A program made the translations under genes and the position numbers. The notes under the pieces are model-generated. The model ran no database searches, was not told the DNA's origin, and saw only the letters and a list, made by a program, of their open reading frames with translations. A stretch of DNA of 64,000 nucleotides from Octopus sinensis. Its lineage: Eukaryota. The DNA lies in NCBI RefSeq assembly GCF_006345805.1, contig NC_042999.1, positions 157,604,001 through 157,668,000 of the forward strand, written 5' to 3'. This document shows, piece by piece, positions 36,807 to 51,041 of this stretch (positions within the stretch are counted from its first letter, which is position 1; each line of letters starts with the position of its first letter).

Positions 36807-37708
36807 AGCGTGTGTATATATGTGGGTGCCTAATTTTCGTGTGTGTCCGTTTGTATGTGAATGTGAATGAGTGTGCGTGCGTATTGCGTATTGGTCAATA
36901 GTAATGCCTTAGTCTGAGTTATGTACGTCATAATCAACACGAAGAACTTTACGTGTCAATAGATACGATTTGAATAGTTTCTCAGTCGCATCTGCAACTG
37001 ACGCTACAAATTGAATTCTCATTGCTTGTCTTCGAAACTTAGTCTTGTATATTTATGAAATTGAGTTACTTACTTTAGATTGTATTTTATCAGTGCCACT
37101 GGTGGTATGTGTGTGGTTTCTTTTTTTGTTGATAAATGCCAAATAGAGTCAAGAACCTACGCCCATTTCTCAGCCGTTCCTTCAAGTTTTTGGTATGTAC
37201 CAGCAACCATTTTGAAACTTCAGAAGATGAAGATAAGTATCCTGATATTTTGGTATATGTCTTACCCATACAGAAATGTAATTACGGATTTATATAGGAA
37301 AACATTCTGATTATATCTTCGTCTTAGATGAAATTTTTCTTCGTCTAACCAGAGAAACCTTTACTTTTTATTGCAAAACACAACAACAAACGAAGAAAAT
37401 GTTCGATTGATAAACATAAAACCATTTCTGTTTCACATAAAAAAAAAAAAAAAAAAAAAATCCCAATCCAACCAAAAAGTAGCTCAAAATCTAATTACAG
37501 TAATATCGAGACTAAGAAAATTTTGATAATTTGAAAAAATAATTAACTAACAATATTGACTTTTGCTGCGCTATCTGACAATATAGATAAGATAACAAAG
37601 AGATAGAGCTTGGTGAACAATTAAATAACTACATCTCTGACACTTGATTAACAGACAACTGTTAAGGTAGATAGCTACATAAAAATAAATTGGAAAAATA
37701 CATAAATA

Positions 37709-37834
37709 CAGTAATGTCTCACTTGACGAAGAACTGCTTTACGAAACCCCGGGTTTACGAGTTTTTACGTGTTTTATTTTCTGTTTACGAGCTTTCTCTG
37801 GGAACGAATCAACTCGTATATCGAGGCACTACTG
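37709..37834. mobile_element. Small Tigger/pogo-like MITE
   Basis: TA|CAGTAATGTCTC...GAGGCACTACTG|TA. Confidence 0.55.
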
Positions 37835-37949
37835 TAATAAAAACATTTATATATAGTTAGAGTCGTAGGCTACCGTACACACTACAGTCCATACATACAC
37901 AATTCATACCATGCTGCTACTCTGGATATCAGTAAAACTGTCGTATGTG

Positions 37950-39230
37950 CCATTCGAATCTCCTACCGAAACTCCTTGAGTCTTGTGTTGATGAATCCCT
38001 TCCTCTCACACAGTCAATGATCTCCGGTTGTACTCTAGGGTTCAGTTTTACCCCATTCTCTTCCTTCTTTACATCACTAATCTGCCATTTCATTTCACAA
38101 CGTCGACACGTTTATGATATTTCCCGTTATTATTTCAATATCATCCACACCTAATCTGAACTGGACCTCATGAACGTAAACCACGAAAGCATCCTACACT
38201 AAGGCCATGCTTAACTTGTCTCTTTCAGCAACATAAAAAGGCGTAGGTTCTGATCATATGAAGGGAATCCACCGTCAACTTGAATAACAACCAACTAGGG
38301 CAGGGCCTTCACAGTTGTTCACGATGTTAGACATCATTATCAGTGAAGAACTCCCAGCGGATATGGCGCATCCTTAACGAAGCTAGAACTATATTCCAAA
38401 CATTAGTTCTTTTCAGGGCCAGAAAATCAGTTATCCAGTTGCTGACACTGAATAAAGAAGAGTTGAGGAACATAGAAAACCTAGACAACATCCAGATAAC
38501 GATCACATGACTGACTGGCATAAAATCTCTCACAAACATCCCGCAGCCATGAGTTTCTCTCTGCATTTTCTACTGCGTCTTTAGTGGCATTTGTTGCTCA
38601 GAGTTTGTTATTGTGCCTCCTCCACTTATTCACTCCTGATACACTCGTCTCTTCTCATCTCATCAATCTTGTTGCACGCAACCGCTGAGTACTCGCACTT
38701 GGAAGCACTCCGTCGGTTACGACGACGAGGGTTCCGGTTGATCCGAATCAATGGAACAGCCTGCTCGTGAGATTAACGTGTAAGTGGCTGAGCACTCCAC
38801 AGACACGTGTACCCTTAACGTAGTTCTCGGGGATATTCAGCGTGACACAGAGAGTGACAAGGCCGGACCTTTGAAATACAGGTACAACAGAAACAGGAAG
38901 TAAGAGTGAGAGAAAGTTGTGGTGAAAGTGTACAACAGGGATCATCACCATCCCCTGCCGGAGCCTCGTGGAGCTTTAGGTGTTTTCGCTCAATAAACAC
39001 TCACAACGCCCGGTCTGGGAATCGAAACCGCGATCCTACGACCGCGAGTCCGCTGCCCTAACCACTGGGCCATTGCGCCTCCACTCACACTTAACAGAAC
39101 TTCCAGTCCCTCTTTACGGGACTTCAACACTTCTTGCTCATATCATTACTGTAGGTGTATACTTGCAACACTTGAAGCGGAATATTAACGTCATCAACAT
39201 TAGTTCTCAGTGAGTCTGCTGAGGCTACGG
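37950..39230 (+). pseudogene. Degraded LINE ORF2 3' part, interrupted by SINE C
   Basis: ISG-VL*GSVLP (GVPQGSVL-like) and a degenerate WNxLP-like ending near 39120. Confidence 0.55.
38701..39085 (-). mobile_element. tRNA-derived SINE family C
   Basis: Near-identical to 43598-43978; A/B boxes TGGCCCAGTGG / GGTTTCGATTCCC; imperfect 10-bp TSD actc(g/a)cactt. Confidence 0.9.
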
Positions 39231-40177
39231 CTCCAGCAACATCGGCACCCACACATTTAACAAAACAACAAATCCCCACAAACCTGTCAGCCTCTCCGTC
39301 TCTGTATGTATTCTTTACCTCGGTCGGGCGAATTACTAGCGTAAATCAGTTAACGTGTTGACTGAATTATATATAAAGCTACGGCTTTATTAAGTTCGTT
39401 CAGAGTTGTCTCTCTTAGGTACACCGCATTGCCGAAAGTCAAAAAATTCGAAACATCAATACCTGGGATTCTTAAAAGAGGCGACACTGAACAAACCGAG
39501 TTTTTCACAGCTTTTTACTATCGAGATTTTTTCTTCACGGTAAATGGAGTGTATTCACCTTTTAGCAGCTGGAATATGTGATAAGAATATTTCAACTTAC
39601 CTAATTCTGTTTACACACACACACAATACATATATACATATGTCTCCTAGTCTGTGTATCTATCTATATAAGAAGATGGGTGTGAGCGCGTGGGATTGCG
39701 TGTATATATGCGTGTGCTCGTAGTGTTTGTGTTTTGTGACTATGTGTATATGTGTGCGTGTATATTAGACGATGGTAATATCTTAGTCTGAAATATTTAC
39801 ATCATAATCACCTTTGCATCTGATGCGTACAAATTGAATTCTAGTTGATATTATATAACTTATTCATCGCTTTCCGTTAAAAATATGTCCGTATATTTGA
39901 TTGCTTTAGCTTGCATTTTATCAGTGTTACTGTGAGTATTTGAAAAGCTGTTTTAAAAGCTGTTCGGCAGATGCGAAATAATGTCAAAAATCTGTTGAAG
40001 CATCTACTCGATTTGTTGATCTCTCTTTCCCCATCTTTTTTGGCATGGGCTTGCACCGCCATCAATTTTGAAACTGTGGAAGATGATTATTCTGATATTT
40101 TTAATAAGCTAGAGTCAGATACGAGCGTCATTACTGACTCAAACAGAAAAATAGTTTTGCTTATATTTAAAAATAAA

Positions 40178-40425
40178 TGCGCCCTTTTAAAGCCTTGCCA
40201 GGCTCATGGGCCCGGTTTCCCGGTTTCTATGGCGCATGTGTTCCCCAGCTGGACGAGACGCCAGTCCATCGCAGCGTTACTCATTTTTGCCAGCTGAGTG
40301 GACTGGAGCAACGTGATATGAAGTGTTTTGCTCAAGAACACAACGCGTCGCCCGGTCCAGGAATCGAAACCACAATCTTACGATCATGATGCTGACACCC
40401 TAACCACTAAGCCACGCGCCTCCAC
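40178..40425 (-). mobile_element. tRNA-derived SINE family D
   Basis: Head gtggaggcgcgtggcttagtgg; GCGATGGACTGGCG...GTCCAG motif reminiscent of V-domain SINE cores. Confidence 0.85.
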
Positions 40426-40699
40426 TTGCTTATATTTATTTGCTCTAAATGACATTTTTACTGATCCAGCAAGAGAAACTTATTTTTCATTGCAAAGCAT
40501 ACACCTCCATTTCACAATAGGAATCATTCAGTGGATAAACATTAAAACCGTTTCTGCTTCAAATTTTGAAGTCATTCTTGAATTAGATCTGGAAGTAACT
40601 CAAAATATTATTATAGACAAATAGAGACTCGAAAATGTTGACAAGTATGACAAAAACTAACAAGATGTCAATAAGTATGACAACAATTCACAAGATGTG

Positions 40700-41340
40700 T
40701 TTTTGTTGCACCGTCTGATAATATTGGTTTGAGATTTTGGCACAAGACAGTAATTTCAGGGACTTCATAAGACATGACAAACTAGGGCAGTACATCCACT
40801 GGAATGCTTGTAAATACTACGAAATTAAATCCCACGATAAGTGGTACAGGCAACATCCAGAGGATATAGTAAATGGTGAGGGCGTCACCATCCTTTGGAA
40901 CTTCCCAATACAAACGGACAGAAAAATTAACTCTAACTGACCAGACATTGTGATCAAGGATAACAACAGAGGAACTTGTATGTTAATAGATATGTCTGTC
41001 TCACAAGATCAAAATGTCTCAAGAAAGGAATACGAAAAGCTTTCTCACTATAAAGATTCGCAAATTGAAATCACAAAAATGTGGAAGCATGGTACTACGA
41101 TGATACCAGTAATAATTGAGGCTGAGAAGTATATTAAGCAACTCCCTGGTAACTCCAATCTCTGCGAACTACAAAAGATAACCTTGATGGGTACAGCCCA
41201 TATACTACGGAGAGCACTCTTCATCTAAAATGGGATATATGTGGTGATAATTTCAGCATGAATAGCAAAACAAAAGTGCCCTTGCTACTCTTGGCCTCCA
41301 CAGGATGCCCGGTACTATGGCAACTGAAATAAACTTATAA
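40700..41340 (+). pseudogene. R4/Dong-type non-LTR retrotransposon 3' fragment (RLE endonuclease) with (AAC)n(AAT)n tail
   Basis: RHDKLGQYIHWNAC...TILWNFPIQTDRKINSN*PDIVIKD...LIDMS...KEYEKLSHYKD...LQKITLMGTAHILRRAL. Confidence 0.9.
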
Positions 41341-41396
41341 TGAAAGGAAACAACAACAACAACAATAACAACAACAATAACAATAACAATAATAAT

Positions 41397-41490
<94 letters not shown>

Positions 41491-41497
41491 TAATAAA

Positions 41498-41533
<36 letters not shown>

Positions 41534-41554
41534 TATATAAAAAAAAATAATTTT

Positions 41555-41751
41555 TTCTACTATAGGCACAAGGCCCGAAATTAGGGGGGAGAGGATGATT
41601 CGATTACATCGACCCCGGTGTTTGACTTCTACTTAATTTATCGACCCCGAAAAGATGAAAGGCAAAGTCGACCTCGGCAGAATTTGAACTCAGAGCGTTG
41701 CGACGGGCGAAATACTGCTAAGCATTTCGTCCAGCGTGCCAGTCCGCTGCC

Positions 41752-41753
<2 letters not shown>
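41555..41753 (-). mobile_element. SINE family B, alternative tail, inserted in (AAT)n
   Basis: Head at 41753; tail ...cgggccttgtgcctatagtagaaaa. Confidence 0.85.
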
Positions 41754-41811
<58 letters not shown>

Positions 41812-41868
41812 GTAGTAGTAGTGGTAGTAGTAGTAGTAGTAGTAGTAATAGTAATAATAATAATAATA

Positions 41869-41928
<60 letters not shown>

Positions 41929-41972
41929 GTAGTAATAATAATAAATAATAATAATAAATAATAATAATAATA

Positions 41973-42038
<66 letters not shown>

Positions 42039-42039
<1 letters not shown>

Positions 42040-42302
42040 TGGTTCTTTCAACATCCTTAAGCAACCCTTATTCAGGGACCGTTTGAGCGGGATGGGCTAC
42101 TCAACCTGAAGAAAATTCTAACTGGGCCCCACCTGCAAGGTCATGTGCTGTTTATCTTGATATGAGATCACCATGTCGCGCACATATGGTTGTGATGCAT
42201 GTGCCTGGTGTACCTTTATCAGACGGGTAGTCATGATGGGTATATTGGGCTTCGTATATTTTACCCCAGTGTCACTTTGATGGCATGAACTGCTCTCTCA
42301 CT
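42039..42302 (+). mobile_element. 3' part of an unclassified retroelement embedded in (AAT)n
   Basis: Non-repetitive 264-bp block flanked on both sides by (AAT)n, ending ctctctcactc-(AAT)n. Confidence 0.5.
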
Positions 42303-42303
42303 C

Positions 42304-42355
<52 letters not shown>

Positions 42356-42396
42356 GTAATAATAATAAATAATAATAATAAATAATAATAATAATA

Positions 42397-42458
<62 letters not shown>

Positions 42459-42516
42459 TAATAATAATAATAAACTTGCTGATGTGATTAATTTGTTTCA
42501 TTTTATATTTAATGCT

Positions 42517-42522
42517 TTTATT
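42517..42522 (-). promoter_or_regulatory. Candidate polyadenylation signal of the tetraspanin gene
   Basis: AATAAA on minus, ~160 nt after the TAG at 42681. Confidence 0.5.
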
Positions 42523-42680
42523 GAGGAAAAAAAAACTTCTATGTCAAATGTATATATGTAGTGACATAATATAAAAAATGTTTTAGCGTATGCTGAGGCA
42601 ATCATGATGGAATGCAGTGGATATGTTGTTTAACTCCGTTGTTGAAGAATGGTGTGGAAGCGTTCAGAATAAGCAGTTTT

Positions 42681-42752
42681 CTAATGGTCCAGTTCATATT
42701 CTTTTGAGACTATGATTCCTAAGAACGTTAATGAAAAGTAGAGGGACAGGCA
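42681..42752 (-). CDS. Tetraspanin, probable last coding exon (end of TM4 and cytoplasmic tail)
   Basis: CTAAC branch-like site plus polypyrimidine tract and TTTTGCAG acceptor. Phase 0 CLSLYFSLTFLGIIVSKEYELDH* continues ...TILVLE. Confidence 0.6.
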   Translation of the reverse strand, partial: CLSLYFSLTFLGIIVSKEYELDH

Positions 42753-43386
42753 CTGCAAAAGTAAAAACAACAAACAGAAATGTTAGCTGAAAATATGCTT
42801 ACATTAGGAAAATATGCACACATACACATACGCACACACATAATTACACTGCTGACATATGAATACACATACACATACACACACACACAGAATATGCATA
42901 TATATATATATATTTGTATAGACAGGCATTAAGACATACATTTATATACATATATACATTATGCATCTACGTGTATATATGTATATATATAAAGTTAATT
43001 CAAACAAGAAACAAAAAACAACAACGTAAGGATGTGGAACAAATAAAGTATTATTGGACGCTCAGGAAAGAAGGGAAGAAGGAGGGTTTGACGTTTCTAG
43101 CGGAGCTCTTCGTCGGAAACATAGGAGAAAGAAAGATCCCGAGACAGAGGAAAAAAATAGCAGGTAGTCTACACGAGGTCACATACTAAAAAGACGGAAG
43201 TGGTTAAAAGGAAGGAAAAGTGTTTTTTAAAAACAAAAGAGCTGAATCAGAGAATGAATGGTAAAAAAGGTGTGCGAGATGACAAGGGTGTGTGTGTGAG
43301 TGTGTGCGTGTGTGTGTGTATGTGTGTGTATGGTGGACGATGGCTAGTAGCAAGCAGTTTGGAATGATGGACGATGGCTGGTAATG

Positions 43387-43422
<36 letters not shown>

Positions 43423-43597
43423 CCGAAAGTACGAAGTTAACTGAAAGAAAATCATTAAAAAATGGGTTAGCAAACACAAATGGAAAGCTCCCCTTTGAAG
43501 TGGTAGAAGCAGTTTCACGATTATGGTGATAACATTCCTGGAGAAATAGTCATTTATCAGGCTAAGACGTTTCATCACCAACTTAATATTCAAGAGA

Positions 43598-43978
43598 GTG
43601 GAGGCGCAATGGCCCAGTGGTTAGGGCAGTGGACTCGCGGTCATAGGATCGCGGTTTCGATTCCCAGACCGGGCGTTGTGAGTGTTTATTGAGCGAATAC
43701 ACCTAAAGCTCCACGAGGCTCCGGCAGGGGATGGTGGTGATCCCTGCTGTACTCTTTCACCACAACTTTCTCTCACTCTTACTTCCTGTTTCTGTTGTAC
43801 CTGTATTTCAAAGGGCCGGCCTTGTCACTCTCTGTGTTACGCTGAACATCCCCGAGAACTACGTTAAGGGTACACGTGTCTGTGGAGTGCTCAGCCACTT
43901 ACACGTTAATTTCACGAGCAGGCTGTTTCGTTGATCGGATCAACTAGAACCCTCGTCGTCGTAACCGACGGAGTGCTT
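43598..43978 (+). mobile_element. tRNA-derived SINE family C
   Basis: Near-identical to 38701-39085. Confidence 0.9.
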
Positions 43979-44037
43979 TAAGTCTGACAAGAAACGTCAA
44001 AAAACATGTGTACGCAGCTGATAAATCTCAATTATTT

Positions 44038-44758
44038 AATTCTTTATTGCCCACAAGGGGCTAAACGCAGAGGGGACAAACAAGGACAGACGAACGGATT
44101 AAGTCGATCTGGTACTTATTTAATCGACCCCGAAAGGATGAAAGGCAAAGTCGACCTCGGCGGAATTTGAACTCAGAACGTAACGGCAGACGAAATACCT
44201 ATTTCTTTACTACCCACAAGGGGCTAAACACAGAGAGGACAAACGGATTAAGTCGATTATATCGACCCAAGTGCGTAACTGGTACTTAATTTATCGACCC
44301 CGAAAGGATGAAAGGCGAAGTCGACCTCGGCGGAATTTGAACTCAGAACGTAACGGCAGACGAAATACCTATTTCTTTACTACCCACAAGGGGCTAAACA
44401 CAGAGAGGACAAACGGATTAAGTCGATTATATCGACCCAAGTGCGTAACTGGTACTTAATTTATCGACCCCGAAAGGATGAAAGGCGAAGTCGACCTCGG
44501 CGGAATTTGAACTCAGAACGTAACGGCAGACGAAATACCTATTTCTTTACTACCCACAAGGGGCTAAACATAGAGAGGACAAACGGATTAAGTCGATTAT
44601 ATCGACCCAAGTGCGTAACTGGTACTTAATTTATCGACCCCGAAAGGATGAAAGGCGAAGTCGACCTCGGCGGAATTTGAACTCAGAACGTAAAGGCAGA
44701 CGAAATACGGCTACGCACTTCGCCCGGCGTGCTAACGTTTCTGCCAGCTCGCCGCCTT
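44038..44758 (-). mobile_element. SINE family B tetramer inside one 16-bp TSD
   Basis: One head plus four units (period ~170). TSD taaatctcaattattt (44022-44037, 44759-44774). Confidence 0.9.
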
Positions 44759-45062
44759 TAAATCTCAATTATTTTCAAATATTTAAGTATGTCTGAATCA
44801 TTTCTGACTATGAGTGTAAAAATGATTATCATCAAATTTGTAATTTTTGTGTGACAACGTGGAAGCCGTATAAGAGTAAAGTAATAAGTAAATTATATAT
44901 ATATATATATTTTATATTTTATATAATGAGTATATATGTGCGTGGGTATGTGTGAAGTGTCTGCTAGCAGAGTTGGTTTTTTCATAGATATAATAAATGT
45001 CATAGTACAGATACATAAGTTCCGACTCATTAAACTTTATGTAAACATACATACATACATAC

Positions 45063-45913
<851 letters not shown>

Positions 45914-45915
45914 TA

Positions 45916-45951
<36 letters not shown>

Positions 45952-45971
45952 TATATAATATATATATATAC

Positions 45972-46008
<37 letters not shown>

Positions 46009-46195
46009 ATATATATATATATTACATATATATTTATAATATATACATTATTATATATATACATATATATATATACACATATATATACATATAATATATA
46101 CACAATATATATATATATACATATATATATACATATATATAGATATACACATATATACTATATACATATATATATATATACATATATATATATAC

Positions 46196-46232
<37 letters not shown>

Positions 46233-46544
46233 CATATATATATACACTATATATATAATATATATATATATCTATAAATATATATATATGTATATATATA
46301 TGTGTGTGTGTGTGTGTAAATATGTATATGGTTGATACATTGTTTTTTTCTCTTTGCCCACGTAAAAATGTGTGTTACTGTCGTGGAGATTCTTACAGTA
46401 GTAGAAAAGGAATTTTTAACACCTATTTCTAAATTCGGTATGTGGTGAAGCAATTAGCTGACCCCTAATTATTATAATTATGTTTATAATTATAGAATAT
46501 ATATATATATATAAACATACATGTATGCATATATACGTATATAC

Positions 46545-46603
<59 letters not shown>

Positions 46604-46606
<3 letters not shown>

Positions 46607-47478
46607 GGTGCAATGGGTAAATTGTCGCCATTTATACTTTTAATTTTGCTATGTACATTCTTTGTTTTTAATTTTGTCGACTACACAGTATAGTAGGAAC
46701 AGTTGGGCACCGTCTGTGAGAAAACCAGTACCATGACGCAATTCACTCAACCAGGTATTTGGGAACGTCATGCTGTACTGCTTGGCATCCGCACCGGAAG
46801 ATCCAATACGAACATTTCAGAGTGTTTGGGTGTTAATCTGAGGAGGGCGAAATCTGAGGACGTTTACCGAGAGTGATAAAAATCAAATATCCAGTCAACA
46901 TCATGTTTTTGGAGTGATCACTAGTGATGGCGACGTTATGCCTTCATTCATCTTTCTACACGGCCTCAGATTCAATACAGAGGCCTACATCAAGTGCCTG
47001 GAGTAGGCAGTGCTGTCCTGGGTCAAGAGGGTGGCCACTGGAAGACCCTACGTCTGGCAACAGGACTCTGTACCATGCCACAGAAACAGGAGAACCCAGT
47101 CATGGCTGCAGACAATTTCTGCGGCCACATTACCCTTACATCTGGCCACCTAACTCCCCAGACTGCAACCCCCTTGATTATTGTGTGGGACGCAGTTGAG
47201 CGAGAGACCAACAAAACTCCTTGTAACACCAAAAACGAACTGAAGGCAAAGATTATAGCTGCATTCACCAACTTAAACAAGCAGACCGTCTAGAAGAGTT
47301 GCAGGAGATTCCAAAGTCGTCTGGAAGCCGTGATTGTAGCCAATGGCGATTTTATTGAATAAATTTACTCTCGTATTTCAAGATATTTTTATGTAGTTTT
47401 CGTAAGTATATCTGTTAAAATGAGATGTCAGTGGGACTTCCATTTTGCGTAATTTAGAGGACAATATATTCACCTCAC

Positions 47479-47481
<3 letters not shown>
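46604..47481 (+). pseudogene. Tc1/mariner maT-type (DD37D) transposon relic
   Basis: GVITSDG...VWQQDSVPCH...IWPPNSPDCNPLDY with 37 residues between the last two D after frameshift repair; internal deletion and degenerate TIRs. Confidence 0.85.
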
Positions 47482-47540
<59 letters not shown>

Positions 47541-48199
47541 CACATACATACATACATACATACATACATACATACATACATGTATATATATATAAATGTA
47601 TATATATATATTATATAATAATTTTAATCCAAACGGGAAACAAAAAAACAACAACAATGGAACAATTACAGTATTATTATTAATAGGCGCTCAGGAAATG
47701 GAAGCAGGGAGGTATGACGTTTCGAGCGGAGCTCTTCGTCGGAAACATAAAGAAGGAAGAGAGAGGAAAGAAAGATCCCAGAGCGGGCAACAGGGAAAGA
47801 GAAAAAAGACGACTGGTGTTTACGAGTTGCACATGGTGAAAGGCGGATGTTTACGATAACAAGAGCAAAGTGGGTTTTTAAAGGCAAAAGAGTGGAGACA
47901 AGGTTGGTAACGCAACAGATGTATGTGTATGTGTGAGTGTGTGCGTGTGCGTGTGTGTATGTGTGTGTGTGAGGCGAGATGAAAAAACAAAAAAATATAT
48001 GTGTGTGTTAGTGTGTGCGTCTGTGTGTAGGCGTGTGAGGTAGGGCGAGAGACTAGTGGTCAGCTTAGCAGACAGGTCAGTAGTAAGAAAAAGAAGGAAG
48101 GAGGAAGGGAGGGAGGGGAAGGGTGGGGGCGTATGTAGCGTGCCAGCGTGTGTTGAGTAGTAGTGTGTGTGTGTGTCCAGTGTCGTGGTGGTATTAATG

Positions 48200-49890
48200 G
48201 CGAGTAGATTGAATGTGTGTAAGAGTAATGTATATATTTAAGCAATGTGTGTATATGTGTGCGCGTGTGTGTAACGAAAAAGGGGGGTTAAGGAAAAGGA
48301 CTCCAGCTGAGGGGAAGATGGAAGAGTGGTCCTGCGGAGACGGGCGTGGGAAAACCCAACGACACGCGACGGTCCAGGAACGGGCGGGAGGTCTCGTCGG
48401 GTCCAAGAGCGAGGTGCATGCGGCGCGTATGCGTGCGCGAACCGGCGCAAGCGCGTGTGTGCGCGCGCCTGCGAGTATGCGCGTAAGTATGTATGGTGTG
48501 GATGTGTGAGTGTGTCTGTGTGTATGTCTGGGTGGCAGGTGTCCGATGAATGTATGTGAGTATGTGTATCTATGTGTGTGCATAGATGTATGTCCGTGTG
48601 TGTGTGTGTGTGTGTGTATGTGTGTGAGTGTGTATGTATGTACGTGGGGGTGGGGAAGTGTGTGTATGTGCATGTGTGTGCGCGTACATACAGGTGTGTG
48701 AGTGAGTGTGTGTGGGTATGTATGTATGTGTGAGTGTGTATGTATGTGTGTGTAGGATGCATGTATGTGTATGGGTGTATGTATGCGTGTGTGTATGTAT
48801 GTATGTGTACGTGCGTGTGTGTGTGTATGCGTGTAGGTGTGCGCGTGTGCATGCATGCATGCATGTGCGTATGTGTGTGTGTGTGTGTATAGGTGTATGT
48901 ATGTAAGTATGTATGGGTGTGTCCGTGTATGTGTGTGTATGTATGTGTGTGTATGTAGGTGTGTGGGCGTGTGTATATGTGTGTGTATGTAGGTGTGTGG
49001 GCGTGTGTATATAGGTGTATGTGTGTATGTCTGGGTGTGTCCGTGCATGTTTGTGTGTGTGTGTGTATGCATGTGTATGTAGGTGTGTGTGTACGTGTGT
49101 AATGTATGTGTGTATGCGTGTGTGTATGTAGGTGCGTGTGTATGTGTGTGGGAGTGTAGGTGTGTGTGTGCGTGTGCGTGTTTATGTTGGTGTGTGCATA
49201 TGTGAGTGTGAGTGTATGGGTGTTTGTCATGCATGTGTGTGCGCGTGCAGGTGAGGTGTGTGTAAGTATGTGTGTGTGTATGTTTGTGTGAGTGTGTATG
49301 TGTGTATGTCTGTGTATGTATGTGCGTATAGGAGTATGTGGGTATTGTGTGTGTGTATGTATATGGGTGTATGTATGTATGTGTGTGTGTGTGCATGTGT
49401 ATAAGTATATGTGTGTGTGCGTAGTGTGTATATGTATGTGTGTGTGTGTGTTTATGTATGTGTGTATGTATGTGTGTAGGCGTGTGTGTGTAGATGTATG
49501 TATGTATGGGTGTGTGTCCGTGTGTGTTTGTGTGTGTGTGTAGGTAGATGGTGTGTCTGAGTGAGGGTATGGCTGTGTAGGTGTGTGTGTGTATGAATGT
49601 AAGTGTGTGTGTATACAAGTGTAATGTAATGTATGTTGTAGGTGTGTGTGTGTTGTGTATGTGTACGTGTGCGTGTGTATGTGTGTGTGTGTATGCGTGT
49701 GAGTGTGAGTGTATGGGTGTATGTCCGTGTGTGTGTATGTCTGAAGTAGGTATGTATGTGTGTGTATGTATGTGTGTGTGTGTGCAGGTATGTGTGTGTA
49801 TGTGTGTGTGTGAGTAGGTGTGCGTGTATGTATGTGGGTAGGGATGCATGCGAGTGTGTGGGTATGTATGCATACATACGCACGCGCACA
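48200..49890. repeat. Long degenerate (GT/GTAT)n cryptic satellite; similar C/A-rich tract at 12470-12760
   Basis: Low-complexity; source of the 582-aa and 330-aa HT/YT ORFs. Confidence 0.9.
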
Positions 49891-50432
49891 TCCGAAGCAA
49901 GCCCACAGTGTTTTTTTTTTCTATTAAAAAATAATTAAGCATGCCTTTATTTCAATAAAATTTTTGGTTTTGTTAAACGAAGTTAAGGCATAAAAAACTT
50001 CTTGAGAAACCAAATAGTCTTTCCTTCCTTCATCTCTTTTGCATCTTACTTTTTTGGTCTCTTAAATATACTGCATTTTGTGGCATTATTTCAAACTTGC
50101 TGGCTTTTTTTGCACAAACTGCACGTGCATTTTTCTCGGTAAAGTAAGGATGAAATATCGAAAGATAATTTTTTTTTCAAAATCAGTTTTTGCTGTCGCT
50201 TAACCTTAACTGAGCTCTGAATAAGCTGACCAATGACCAAAGGGCAATCCAGTCTCGATCATTGTGTCTTTATTTGAAGCAATGTTTCCGTCTGTCGCAT
50301 CTAATGTATATTTCTGTAAGCTAGTAAATGATTGAATGGTGAGTTGGTTGTTATGTTTAGTAAGTTGAGAGACCACATACAAACTTCATTGTTGGATCGT
50401 GTCATATTGGTATAAGCTTTAAAAAATTAGTG

Positions 50433-50940
<508 letters not shown>

Positions 50941-50957
50941 AATGGCTGTTAGCTTAC

Positions 50958-51041
50958 CTCAAGAACAAGTATTGTTAATGATACTGCAATCAAGACGCCG
51001 TGATACCGTGTCACCAGATCAGTGATAGTTTGCTTGCAACC
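50958..51041 (-). CDS. Tetraspanin exon (end of EC2 loop, start of TM4)
   Basis: TTTTCAAG|GCKQTITDLVTRYHGVLIAVSLTILVLE|GTAAGC. 84 nt, phase 0, supplies the terminal GC cysteine and the TM4 polar E. Confidence 0.9.

Larger units (their letters stand above)
41345..42475. repeat. (AAT)n microsatellite cluster split by two insertions
   Basis: Tracts at 41345-41545, 41752-42038, 42303-42475. Confidence 0.95.

Noticed and set aside
41315-42501. Poly-Asn/Ile/Leu/Tyr ORFs
   Set aside because: (AAT)n repeats.
44038-44758. Regular ~170-bp repeats resembling a CRISPR or satellite array, with recurring 'MRNWYLIYRPRKDE' ORFs
   Set aside because: Units are SINE bodies with no unique spacers; the peptide is the antisense translation of the SINE core.
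48194-49942. 582-aa and 330-aa His/Thr-rich ORFs
   Set aside because: Translation of a degenerate (CA/TACA)n satellite; no domain or splice structure.
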